64,000 nucleotides of DNA from a virus (lineage: Duplodnaviria; Heunggongvirae; Uroviricota; Caudoviricetes): positions 53,469 to 117,468 of the IMG/VR virus record IMGVR_UViG_3300031853_000005; one strand, given 5' to 3'. Made by a program: the position numbers and the translations under genes. Under the pieces are notes generated by a model. The model ran no database searches. It was given only the letters and a program-made list of their open reading frames with translations, and had not been told where the DNA came from. The stretch's first letter is position 1; each line of letters begins with the position of its first letter. This document shows positions 19,459 to 27,705 of this stretch, one piece after another.

Positions 19459-19520
19459 TTAACTTGTTTATGACACAGAATGTGTTATAATAAATCTATC
19501 TTACTTGGAGGGGTTAACCT

Positions 19521-19742
19521 ATGAAGAAGTATTCTGTTGAGAGATGTGTTGAAAACGATATTGAAGTCCTTGGAATCTATGAAACCAAGGAAGAGATGCT
19601 GGCTGCGAAGGCTCAGTTTGAAGCGCAGTATAACGGACAGCCTGGTGTAATCAATGGTGTCTATGCCGACATGGACGAGAATGGAAACGTGATTCCTGCG
19701 ACGGTAAACGGACAGCCTCAGTATTTCCGCAAGCTGTTCTGA
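19521..19742 (+). CDS. hypothetical protein (73 aa)
   Basis: GGAGGGG RBS. Confidence 0.5.
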   Translation: MKKYSVERCVENDIEVLGIYETKEEMLAAKAQFEAQYNGQPGVINGVYADMDENGNVIPATVNGQPQYFRKLF

Positions 19743-19751
19743 TCTTATAAA

Positions 19752-19790
19752 GAAAGACTGGGCGTACCTCCCGCGCCCAGTCGAAAAAAA
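19752..19790 (+). terminator. rho-independent terminator ending the early operon
   Basis: gactgggcgtacctcccgcgcccagtcgaaaaaaa: 9-bp GC stem + A/T run. Confidence 0.7.
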
Positions 19791-19817
19791 TATTTTAAGT
19801 AAAATAGAAAATAACTA

Positions 19818-19846
19818 TTGACAAATGAAGAGAAATAGTGTATCAT
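19818..19846 (+). promoter_or_regulatory. sigma-70 promoter TTGACA-17-TATCAT (conserved AATAACTATTGACAA family)
   Basis: aaaataactaTTGACAaatgaagagaaatagtgTATCATagc. Confidence 0.6.
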
Positions 19847-19878
19847 AGCACCATCAGATGAAAGGGGAGGTCAAAGAT

Positions 19879-20838
19879 ATGACATACGAAACGAATGGTA
19901 ATGTGGTTCGTCTGTTCCATGAGAACCAGGTTGAGCATATTGGTGCGGAAGTGATCGAGCTTCCGACTGAGAAGCGTGAGCCTCGCGGCAAGAAGCGTGG
20001 TCAGAAGTCTGAAGTGTTTGCCTATGATCCTGCGGACATGGCAAAAGTCATTGCGTTCTTCGCAGAGAAGAACATGTGGATTCATTATCTTCTGTTCACC
20101 ATCCAGGTGAATTCCGCTCGTCGTGTCGGAGACCTCATCGGTTACGTCAATAAGGACACCGGCAAGAAGGTTGATGGTCTGCGATGGGAAGACTTCATCG
20201 ATCCGAAAACTGCCAGGGTGCGTAGCGAGATCAAGTCTTTTGCCGAGCAGAAGACCGGCAAGCTGGCAAGTCCGATGATCAATTCCGCGATGATCGCCGC
20301 AATCAATCTCTACTGTGAGAAAACGCACTGCCATCCGTCAGACAATGAATACAAGAATCCTGTGTTCATGCAGCTCTGCGGTACGCATCGTGGCAAGGTT
20401 CTGTCCTACAGCGGTGCGATGTATGCCCTGAAGATGGCGGCGAAGGAATGCGGTATCGAGTATAACGTCGGTACGCATAGCGCACGTAAGACCTTTGGTG
20501 CTACCACGAAGATGCTTCATCCTGGCGATGCCAATGTTATGGAGGCTCTTCAGAGCATCTACAATCACAGCAGTACCAGCATCACGAACAGATACATTGG
20601 TCTTGAGAAGAAGCAGACCGATGGTTACGCAAACGACATGGGAGAATTCTTCCAGGAGTATGTCGTTGAGGGGAAAGAAATCCCCCTTGAGCTGGGCAGT
20701 CCTGTCCTATCTGTTGACACCGAGAAGCTGTTCGACCTGATCGGTGCTGCGTTCCAGGCTGGCAAGAACAGCGACGGCACGAACGATGCTGCGCTGATGA
20801 TGAACCTGATGAAGCAGGTTGAAAAGATCAGAAGGTGA
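19879..20838 (+). CDS. tyrosine recombinase (phage integrase family), second copy in window
   Basis: Arg box NSARRVGDL, HSARKTF (HxxR), HSS...TNRYIG catalytic Tyr; GGGAGG RBS + ATG 19879. Confidence 0.65.
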   Translation: MTYETNGNVVRLFHENQVEHIGAEVIELPTEKREPRGKKRGQKSEVFAYDPADMAKVIAFFAEKNMWIHYLLFTIQVNSARRVGDLIGYVNKDTGKKVDGLRWEDFIDPKTARVRSEIKSFAEQKTGKLASPMINSAMIAAINLYCEKTHCHPSDNEYKNPVFMQLCGTHRGKVLSYSGAMYALKMAAKECGIEYNVGTHSARKTFGATTKMLHPGDANVMEALQSIYNHSSTSITNRYIGLEKKQTDGYANDMGEFFQEYVVEGKEIPLELGSPVLSVDTEKLFDLIGAAFQAGKNSDGTNDAALMMNLMKQVEKIRR

Positions 20839-20848
20839 GGTTACATAT

Positions 20849-21007
20849 ATGAATGTTGTTACAATTATTCTCGCGGTTTTTCTGGTAGTTGTCATTGCCC
20901 ATGACTTTTACCAGAGCAGGCTTCTGGACAAGCTGGCTGACAAATATCATGTCAGCAATCTCGCTTTGAAAAAAGTGACCAAAGAACTTCTTAGGGATAA
21001 TTACTAA
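20849..21007 (+). CDS. small single-TM protein (52 aa)
   Basis: ATG 20849 in-frame with ORF 20819..21007; VVTIILAVFLVVVIAHDFY hydrophobic segment. Confidence 0.4.
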   Translation: MNVVTIILAVFLVVVIAHDFYQSRLLDKLADKYHVSNLALKKVTKELLRDNY

Positions 21008-21033
21008 AATCTAAACACAATAGAAATAAATTA

Positions 21034-21062
21034 TTGACAAATAATTACATTCGTGTTACAAT
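21034..21062 (+). promoter_or_regulatory. sigma-70 promoter TTGACA-17-TACAAT
   Basis: aaataaattaTTGACAaataattacattcgtgtTACAATgtcc. Confidence 0.6.
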
Positions 21063-21095
21063 GTCCTTGACACTTAAGGAAAGGACGATGGCACG

Positions 21096-21494
21096 ATGTC
21101 AGAACACAGAACGCCGTCCATCCCTCGCTGTGGCGAGATTTGGACTTGTCATCTTGGCGATAATGGCCCAGGCGTACAGAGTGGTTACAGACCTGTTTTG
21201 ATTCTGTCGAATGATCAGAATAATCTGTTCTCATCTGTGGTAAACGTCGCGCCATTGACCAGCAAGATGCATAAGCGTAGCCTCCCGGTACACGTAGAGC
21301 TTTGGGATTATGAAGCCTATGGGCTGAAGTCACCGAGTACGATTCTGATTGAGCAAACGACAACAATACAAATGAGCTGCCTGGATTTCCGAGTAGGGAA
21401 GATCCATGATAAAGAAATCATGGAACAGATATGGCTGGCAATTGAAGTTCAGTTTGCAATCAGAAAAGACCCGGCATATCCGAAAGCATCATGA
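21096..21494 (+). CDS. MazF/PemK-family endoribonuclease toxin-like protein
   Basis: GEIW..HLG...G.E..GYRPVLILSND..N.....V.VAPLTS......P..V.L...E..GL...S.IL.EQ..TI family pattern; own promoter, GGAAAGGA RBS. Confidence 0.6.
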   Translation: MSEHRTPSIPRCGEIWTCHLGDNGPGVQSGYRPVLILSNDQNNLFSSVVNVAPLTSKMHKRSLPVHVELWDYEAYGLKSPSTILIEQTTTIQMSCLDFRVGKIHDKEIMEQIWLAIEVQFAIRKDPAYPKAS

Positions 21495-21509
21495 TAAACT
21501 TTTTTGTTG

Positions 21510-21538
21510 TTGACAAACAATATAAATGAGTTTATATT
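21510..21538 (+). promoter_or_regulatory. sigma-70 promoter TTGACA-17-TATATT
   Basis: ttttttgttgTTGACAaacaatataaatgagttTATATTtag. Confidence 0.5.
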
Positions 21539-21562
21539 TAGTGTACATAGTGGGGTGAGACA

Positions 21563-22612
21563 ATGACCAATACCAGAGAAATTATAGAAGAATATTGCGA
21601 ACAGAAATTTGCCAATGATGCCACGCGGAAACCGAAGATCATGGCATCAATGTCGAGAGATGATCTGTTCGAAATGGAAGAGCGTCTTGGTAAAAGCTTT
21701 TTCGAATTTACATCGGATGAGATGGAAGATTATTTTATCAACCTGTCAACCGAGAAAACGTATAAAGGCAGAAACAAACCGATCTCTGCGACATATATGA
21801 ATCAGTTGATCTCGTATTATCGCGATATGATTCAGTGGCATATGAAGCAGACTGGGATCTATCATGAGAATGTTCTGTTTGATAAGCGTTTTAAGTTTTC
21901 TCTCAGCGCAAGCAGGAAAGATGAGACTCCAATTGTAACCAAAGAAACCCTGGAACGTGTCTGCCTTTCTCTTGATGAAATGTTTGATTCGGTTGAAGCC
22001 GATTTATATAAGCTGCTGTATTGGTTGTGTTATTCAGGATGTTTCGACTACAATGATCTTCTGACATTCAAAGATAAAGACATCGATATGGATGCCAGGA
22101 CGATCAAGATTGGCAATAGAAAAATTCATCTGAAAGATGAGTGCTTCGAACTTCTAAAACATCATCATGATGAAAACATGTATCAGAATTATCGCTTTAC
22201 CAGCATCATGGTTCCGTATCATGGCAGCTTTATCTGGATTCCGTTCTGGGTAAGCGCGGAAGATAAAGACAAAAGCGATATTGAACTGTTTGAGAAGTAC
22301 CAGGAATTGAATAACGAGAGATCAATGAACCGTGTCGCGAATCTTCTGAGTCGAAAGATGGCGCAGTTCAGAAAAGAGAAAAATATCATGATCTCTTTTG
22401 ATGTTCTTTACTATCGCGGAATCTATGACTATATGCTTCAGAAGATTGGATATGATAAGACTGTGGAACTGATCAGATCAAAAGGTAACAGAGGCAACAC
22501 AGAGGATTTGGCTGAGTTAACCAAGATTCTGAAAGAATATGGCGCGAGATGTGAAATCAAGAATGACATTTATCGCACGAAATACAGCATTGATTCTAAC
22601 TTTATCAGGTGA
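21563..22612 (+). CDS. hypothetical protein (349 aa) with weak integrase-N-terminal-like segments
   Basis: ORF; no RHRY tetrad recognisable. Confidence 0.55.
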   Translation: MTNTREIIEEYCEQKFANDATRKPKIMASMSRDDLFEMEERLGKSFFEFTSDEMEDYFINLSTEKTYKGRNKPISATYMNQLISYYRDMIQWHMKQTGIYHENVLFDKRFKFSLSASRKDETPIVTKETLERVCLSLDEMFDSVEADLYKLLYWLCYSGCFDYNDLLTFKDKDIDMDARTIKIGNRKIHLKDECFELLKHHHDENMYQNYRFTSIMVPYHGSFIWIPFWVSAEDKDKSDIELFEKYQELNNERSMNRVANLLSRKMAQFRKEKNIMISFDVLYYRGIYDYMLQKIGYDKTVELIRSKGNRGNTEDLAELTKILKEYGARCEIKNDIYRTKYSIDSNFIR

Positions 22613-22650
22613 ATAGCGGCTCTCCAAGGAGAGCTTCTATTCCAGACTCA
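22613..22650 (+). terminator. stem-loop terminator-like element
   Basis: gaatagcggctctccaaggagagcttctattc: nested inverted repeats. Confidence 0.5.
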
Positions 22651-22685
22651 AAGTGCAATGGAAATAGACTGAAGGAGGAGTCGAT

Positions 22686-23372
22686 TTGCGGATTGAGTAT
22701 ACAATTAAAGATCAAAATAACCGATATATCCACAGAGATATTATAGGGAAATTTGGTTTCACAACATCAGAGACATTGGCTGAACACTATGAGACCAGGC
22801 AGACAGCGAAGAATATTTTAGAAAACTGCCTTCCGAAAGCGATGAGAAAAGGCTTTGATGTTTATGAAATTATGGTAGAGGAATCCGTAAAAGACTCAGA
22901 GAATCAGGAAGAAAATCAGGATACAGAGAAGACAGAAAATCCTGGGACTCAAATAAACACAATCAGACCGAAGGTAGAAGAAGCATTCAGGATCGCAAAC
23001 GAACCGATTGTGAAGAACAGAATGTCTGATCTCGCAGCTTCGTTCGACGGCCTGAAAGAAATCATTGGCAACATCACAGAACGTAAGACGGAACTATATG
23101 AAAGTCTGAGCGCGATTGATTCAGAGATTTCTGACATCAATCATTACATAGAGTTTGTCGATGGATTGAATGCGTACCAGGGATATCTCGCATATCGTAT
23201 GCTGAGACAGAAGCTTCGGCAGCGCAGACAGATCAAGGATGAAATTCTTATTTCAAAAACAATAGAGAACTGTAATATCAGTGTATCCGAGTTGTCCAGG
23301 ATCTCTAATTGTATCGCCGGACTTGAGAATCGAAAGTATGAACCAAGAGTTCTCGATGAATTATTCGCATAA
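22686..23372 (+). CDS. hypothetical coiled-coil protein (228 aa), TTG start
   Basis: GAAGGAGG RBS + TTG 22686. Confidence 0.5.
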   Translation: MRIEYTIKDQNNRYIHRDIIGKFGFTTSETLAEHYETRQTAKNILENCLPKAMRKGFDVYEIMVEESVKDSENQEENQDTEKTENPGTQINTIRPKVEEAFRIANEPIVKNRMSDLAASFDGLKEIIGNITERKTELYESLSAIDSEISDINHYIEFVDGLNAYQGYLAYRMLRQKLRQRRQIKDEILISKTIENCNISVSELSRISNCIAGLENRKYEPRVLDELFA

Positions 23373-23400
23373 AAAATTTAAGATAAACAGAAAATAACTA

Positions 23401-23429
23401 TTGACAATGAAAAAGATGTGTGGTATAAT
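23401..23429 (+). promoter_or_regulatory. sigma-70 promoter TTGACA-17-TATAAT with TGn extended -10
   Basis: cagaaaataactaTTGACAatgaaaaagatgtgtggTATAATctc. Confidence 0.65.
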
Positions 23430-23661
23430 CTCTACCAGAGTTGAGCGAGAGACAAACTCTTTTGTTTAAACTCTAAGCTACAATAGACAACAACTAAAAC
23501 CTGCGGCGAGACAATTTACCTCCTTTCCTCCTTTCCAACCATTCTCCACAGTCTTGCCCAAAACGCAGCGAACTATCGCTGTGATCCCAAAGTTGCCCAT
23601 AGGTTGGTGGTTCAAGGTCTTTGGGATCTATATAAAAAGGAGAGCAGATGTGAACAATAAT

Positions 23662-23817
23662 ATGACGGATGAAGTCAGGGAATACCTGGAAGAAAAAGAA
23701 TGGGGGTATCCATACGGTAGATATTACCAAACGCCAAGAGTCAACCAGGTTGATATTGACGGATACTTCAATGATGATGAAGACGATGATGATTCTGATG
23801 ACTGTCTGAATTGTTGA
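23662..23817 (+). CDS. small highly acidic protein (51 aa; DEDDDDSDD tail, CxxC end)
   Basis: AAAGGAG RBS; ATG 23662 within ORF 23554..23817. Confidence 0.4.
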   Translation: MTDEVREYLEEKEWGYPYGRYYQTPRVNQVDIDGYFNDDEDDDDSDDCLNC

Positions 23818-23827
23818 TTAGATACAA

Positions 23828-23904
23828 GCTGGTGTAGCTCAATTTGGCAGAGCGCGGCACTTGTAACGCCGATGTTGTGAGTTCGATTCTCACCACCAGC
23901 TCCA
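23828..23904 (+). tRNA. tRNA-Thr (anticodon TGT), CCA encoded
   Basis: Manual fold: acceptor GCTGGTG/CACCAGC, D arm GCTC..GAGC, anticodon loop CTTGTAA, T arm GTGAG-TTCGATT-CTCAC. Confidence 0.7.
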
Positions 23905-24290
23905 CCGGATCACATGAGGTCGTGACTTGTGTGATGCGCAGCGCCACCTTGTTCGTGCGGGGACAAGTGAGAGGGCCGCATCCCTCAAAAGGTCAGGAAC
24001 GTATCCTTAAGCATCCTGGACACCGCGCCCATTGAGGCGGGAAGAGCTGGGTAATTTCGCACCTACCCCAGACGCCAGAAAGTGACGGCAGAGCTGAATG
24101 GCAACGCAAGGTGCAACAATTCTTCGCCCGTAGAGTAGATTAACGTAGACCTGTATCGGGTGTCTGCCGGTGTGGAAACCGGTTAGTAAGCGAGTGGCGA
24201 CTGCCTACGTTCGGATGTTGCGGCTACCGAGTCCGTTAAGAGGAATCCAACCTTCGGTGGCCTTAAGCCTAAAAGAAAGAGTCGTGATCT
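23905..24290 (+). ncRNA. GC-rich (~55% GC vs ~40% background) ORF-poor structured region between tRNAs: candidate large structured ncRNA
   Basis: Numerous local hairpins (gccggtgtggaaaccggt, ggccttaagcc), no credible ORF; class undetermined. Confidence 0.3.
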
Positions 24291-24291
24291 G

Positions 24292-24489
24292 ATGGAATTT
24301 AAATTTGGCAAATGGAAGAAACTTGAAGGGCATTATATGACTCCTGGTGGAACTCCGTTGTATGTTTGCGCTCAGTGTGGTGGCTCTCAGCATCTTCATG
24401 GTGTTGAATTTTCACGGCGAAAGATGGTCTGTGATGACTGCGGCTGCGTGAATTCATATCCGTGGGAGAAGACATACGACGAAGAATAA
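24292..24489 (+). CDS. zinc-ribbon protein (65 aa)
   Basis: CAQCG..(n)..CDDCGC. Confidence 0.45.
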   Translation: MEFKFGKWKKLEGHYMTPGGTPLYVCAQCGGSQHLHGVEFSRRKMVCDDCGCVNSYPWEKTYDEE

Positions 24490-24505
24490 AACGAAAATTT
24501 AAAAT

Positions 24506-24581
24506 GGGCTGTTAGCTCAATCGGTTAGAGCCTGTGACTTATAATCGCAAGACCAGCGTTCGAATCGCTGACAGCCTACCA
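24506..24581 (+). tRNA. tRNA-Ile-like (anticodon TAT)
   Basis: Manual fold: acceptor GGGCTGT/ACAGCCT (G-U at 1:72), anticodon loop CTTATAA, T arm CAGCG-TTCGAAT-CGCTG, CCA encoded. Confidence 0.6.
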
Positions 24582-24584
24582 TAT

Positions 24585-24661
24585 GCTTCCGTGTCGCAAT
24601 CGGTAGACGGTGCTGGCTCAAACCCAGTTGTTTCACAGTTCGAATCTGTGCGGAAGCACCA
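24585..24661 (+). tRNA. class-I (short variable arm) tRNA with anticodon CAA (Leu codon UUG), A73 discriminator
   Basis: acceptor GCTTCCG/CGGAAGC, anticodon stem GCTGG/CCAGT loop CTCAAAC, 5-nt variable loop, T arm CACAG-TTCGAAT-CTGTG, CCA. Confidence 0.6.
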
Positions 24662-24782
24662 ATAGCACGTAAAGGCTGATAAAGAACGAGATACAGATAT
24701 GAAGAATATCCGAGGTCGAAAAACTACTGGCTGGATGATATCGTTCCAGCGCGTCCGAGATCGTTTAGTGGACGCATTCATA

Positions 24783-24859
24783 TATCCCAGTGGTGCAACT
24801 GGTAGACACAACAGATTTAAGCTCTGCGGTCTGAGAGTTCGAATCTCTCCTGGGATACC
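24783..24859 (+). tRNA. class-I tRNA with anticodon TAA (Leu codon UUA), G37, A73
   Basis: acceptor ATCCCAG/CTGGGAT, anticodon stem CAGA/TCTG loop TTTAAGC, 5-nt variable loop, T arm GAGAG-TTCGAAT-CTCTC, CCA. Confidence 0.6.
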
Positions 24860-25176
24860 AACCGTTCTTAGGGAAGCGCACATAGTACCGAAAGAACCGT
24901 GAGGATGGCAAAGCATGTGACTCACTGTCTCACGTAAATAAAGATGAGAATAATGCTAACTCTGGCACATTTTCCCACTTTACACGCTTATCTGAATTGA
25001 GAGATTAGGGGCAAAAAGTGGCGCTGGGTAGGAGGTTGAGTGCGCACCGTCCTACCCATGCGAGAAAGTAAAAATCATGGGGCGTTAGTGTAAAGAACAC
25101 ACGCAGAAAGCAAGGGCTGCGAAATGTGGGCGCGATACCTACACGCTCCACCAAATAAAATATAGGATTAATTACA
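24860..25176 (+). ncRNA. ORF-free structured spacer (8-bp GGGTAGGA/TCCTACCC hairpin and others) downstream of tRNA cluster
   Basis: No ORF; local GC-rich hairpins. Confidence 0.2.
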
Positions 25177-26199
25177 ATGCTGATAGGATTGATTGACGTA
25201 GACGGTCATCACTTCCCGAACCTGTGCCTGATGAAACTGTCGGCGTATCACAAACAGCTTGGAGATGATGTCGAGTGGTATTCAGAAGACAGAGAGATGT
25301 ACGACATTGTGTATATGTCAAAGGTCTTCAATGAAGAATACTCACCAGACATTCCGGAACCAGGCAACACAAGAAAAGTGATCAAAGGCGGGACTGGGTA
25401 TGCCATAAAACTGGAAGGCGATAGGGAAGTATATCACAAGGAGTTAGACCCCCCCCTACAACCTGAGATTGAACACATCTATCCTGATTACAGCTTATAT
25501 CCTGAGTATACTGGATACGGATTGCCGCTGAAGAAACAAACAGCATACGGATTCTTGACACGAGGATGTCCAAGAGGCTGCGGATTCTGTCACGTAGCCC
25601 CAAAGGAGGGAAGATGCAGTCAAAAAGTTGCTGATCTCTCGGAATTCTGGAACGGGCAAGGTAATATTTGTCTCTCTGATCCGAACATTCTGGCTTGCAA
25701 AGATGCTCCTGACTTGCTTCGGCAGTTGGTTGAATCCGGTGCAAAAGTTGAACTGAATCAGGGGATTGATGCCAGACTTATTACTCCTGAGAAAGCTGAT
25801 CTCCTGGCTCACATGAATCTCAAGATGCCGCACTTCGCGATGGACTCCATGCAAGCGATGGAACCGGTCAAGCGAGGACTGAAGCTGTATGTCGAAGCGT
25901 GTAAGAGAGTCAAAGGTAAATGGAACTGGCGAAATGCCAAGGTGTTCTGCCTGACAAACTTCGATACCACACACGAAGAAGACATGATGAGAATCAAGGC
26001 AATTCAGGAATGCGAGTGCTGGCCTTATGTGATGATCTACAACAAGATGACCGCGCCGCAAGTGACCAGAAGATTGCAGAGATGGACAAATGCTCCTGCC
26101 GCATACGCCAGAACGCAGGACTTTGACGAGTATCAGAGATTTACATATAAGAAACCGCCGAAAGAAATCGGGAATCAGAGACGGTTTAATGTGGCGTAA
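25177..26199 (+). CDS. radical SAM enzyme with N-terminal B12-binding-like region
   Basis: CPRGCGFC (CxxxCxxC) cluster motif; N-terminal DVDGHHFPNL. Confidence 0.6.
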   Translation: MLIGLIDVDGHHFPNLCLMKLSAYHKQLGDDVEWYSEDREMYDIVYMSKVFNEEYSPDIPEPGNTRKVIKGGTGYAIKLEGDREVYHKELDPPLQPEIEHIYPDYSLYPEYTGYGLPLKKQTAYGFLTRGCPRGCGFCHVAPKEGRCSQKVADLSEFWNGQGNICLSDPNILACKDAPDLLRQLVESGAKVELNQGIDARLITPEKADLLAHMNLKMPHFAMDSMQAMEPVKRGLKLYVEACKRVKGKWNWRNAKVFCLTNFDTTHEEDMMRIKAIQECECWPYVMIYNKMTAPQVTRRLQRWTNAPAAYARTQDFDEYQRFTYKKPPKEIGNQRRFNVA

Positions 26200-26219
26200 T
26201 AAAATTATAGGAGACAACA

Positions 26220-27005
26220 ATGGATAAGACATCAATAGGGGATCGGATGAAGGGATATGAAAACATCTCCCGAATCTATCTTCCGCGCCGGATTCCTGTG
26301 ATCATCCGCCTGGATGGTAAAGCATTCCACTCGTTCACAAGATGTTTTTGTAAACCGTTTGATAACGTTCTGATGAAAGCTATGCAGAACACAATGAAAA
26401 GACTGTGCGAAGGAATCCAAGGCTGTGTGTTTGGATATACGCAATCAGATGAAATCACTTTGATCTTGACGGATTACGCAACGATCAATACGGACGCCTG
26501 GTTTGGATATAATGTTCAAAAGATGGCGAGTGTTGCGGCATCTATGGCAACAGTATATTTTAATAACTCATGGCTTTTAGAGTGCAACCGTTTGCCTGAG
26601 AGTAACGACCGCGAATTTTATTTTGAGCAGCAAGGCAAAGCAATGTTTGACGCACGTTGCTTCTCCATCCCGAAGGATGAAGTCTGCAACTGCCTGATCT
26701 GGCGGCAACAGGACGCAACCAGAAATAGTGTTCAGGCTGTCGGTCAAGCACACTTCAGTCAGAAAGAACTGAATGGTAAATCCTGCAATGAGATCCAGGA
26801 TATGCTCTTCACCGAGAAGAACATCAACTGGGGAGATTTGCCTACAGACTGCAAGCGTGGTGCTGCCTGTTATAAATCCGATGAAGAAGCAAACTTCTTC
26901 TTTAGAAATGGAGAACAGACAATATACAAACGCGCTGGATGGGTGATTGACACAGAAATTCCGATCTTCACCAGCGACAGAAATTATATCGAACGCTGGC
27001 TGTAA
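26220..27005 (+). CDS. Thg1-like protein (tRNA-His guanylyltransferase / 3'-5' polymerase family)
   Basis: RLDGKAFHSF and GYTQSDEITL match Thg1 RLDGRNFHRF / GQSDEYSF; LIWRQQDATRNS cf. LSWRQADCHINN. Confidence 0.7.
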   Translation: MDKTSIGDRMKGYENISRIYLPRRIPVIIRLDGKAFHSFTRCFCKPFDNVLMKAMQNTMKRLCEGIQGCVFGYTQSDEITLILTDYATINTDAWFGYNVQKMASVAASMATVYFNNSWLLECNRLPESNDREFYFEQQGKAMFDARCFSIPKDEVCNCLIWRQQDATRNSVQAVGQAHFSQKELNGKSCNEIQDMLFTEKNINWGDLPTDCKRGAACYKSDEEANFFFRNGEQTIYKRAGWVIDTEIPIFTSDRNYIERWL

Positions 27006-27011
27006 CTTCAG

Positions 27012-27371
27012 ATGGATGAATCTTTCAGAGTAATCATCGCCGGTTCTCGCGGATTCTCAGACTACGATCTGCTGTGTGAGAAATGCGATAAACTCTTTTC
27101 CATGCGAAAGCCTACTGCGATTGTCTGCGGGGAAGCCAAAGGTGCTGATCTGCTTGGCAAACGATATGCAAAAGAACATGGGATTCCTGTGTGGTCGTTT
27201 CCTGCAAAGTGGGATCAATACGGCAAAGCTGCCGGTATGATGCGGAACAAGCAGATGCTTGCCTTTGCTGATGCTCTGGTTGCATTCTGGGACGGAGAAT
27301 CGCGTGGTACTGAGAACATGTTGGATATCGCCGCAAATAAAGGAATCCCAGTCAGAGTAATTTGTTATTAA
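27012..27371 (+). CDS. DUF2493/SLOG-family Rossmann-like protein
   Basis: VIIAGSRGFSDYDLL...IVCGEAKGADLLGKRYA...FWDGESRGT pattern. Confidence 0.55.
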   Translation: MDESFRVIIAGSRGFSDYDLLCEKCDKLFSMRKPTAIVCGEAKGADLLGKRYAKEHGIPVWSFPAKWDQYGKAAGMMRNKQMLAFADALVAFWDGESRGTENMLDIAANKGIPVRVICY

Positions 27372-27611
27372 TCAAAACCAGTTGGAGCGCCTGTTTCACG
27401 GTGGCAGAATAGTAAATAGGTGATGCCCTAACGACTCCACGAACCGCTGGTCTGGACGCGGACACGAAAGCGTAGGTACACGGTTGGCTGCCGATGACCT
27501 GCTGGATACGCCTTCCGCAGCAAGAGCCTGTCAGTGTTGATGGTCTGATAGGCAATAATGAGTGGGAGTAGCATACAATCAAACACTACTCCCACAGCGC
27601 TTAAAATATAT
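27372..27611 (+). other. noncoding GC-rich spacer with 10-bp perfect hairpin (GTGGGAGTAG...CTACTCCCAC) preceding tRNA-Ser
   Basis: Direct reading. Confidence 0.3.
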
Positions 27612-27698
27612 GTACACGATCCGGCTGGATGAGGAAGCAGTCCTGAAAACTGTCGGGGTTGATATCCCTTGGGGGTTCGAGTCCCTCCGTGTACGCCA
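27612..27698 (+). tRNA. tRNA-Ser (anticodon TGA), class II with variable arm, CCA encoded
   Basis: acceptor GTACACG/CGTGTAC, anticodon stem GCAGT/ACTGT loop CCTGAAA, variable stem GGGG..CCC, T arm GGGGG-TTCGAGT-CCCTC. Confidence 0.6.
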
Positions 27699-27705
27699 TA
27701 GAAAA

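Noticed and set aside
20849-21007. Small ORF as MazE/PemI antitoxin for the downstream MazF-like gene
   Set aside because: The sequence is a hydrophobic TM helix plus a short tail, unlike AbrB/SpoVT or RHH antitoxin folds. A strong promoter lies between it and mazF, so they are not co-transcribed as a unit.
23905-24290. tmRNA or RNase P RNA hypothesis for the GC-rich spacer
   Set aside because: No tRNA-like 3' end (T arm + CCA) and no 5' GGGG acceptor for tmRNA. The P4/GGAAAGUCC and GAAAGUGCCACAG signatures of RNase P RNA are absent (only a partial cagaaagtgacggcag resemblance). Kept only as a generic structured-ncRNA candidate.
24585-24859. Suppressor tRNA interpretation
   Set aside because: Anticodons CAA and UAA pair with UUG and UUA (Leu), not with stop codons. 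A suppressor would need CUA, UUA (5'-UUA-3') or UCA.
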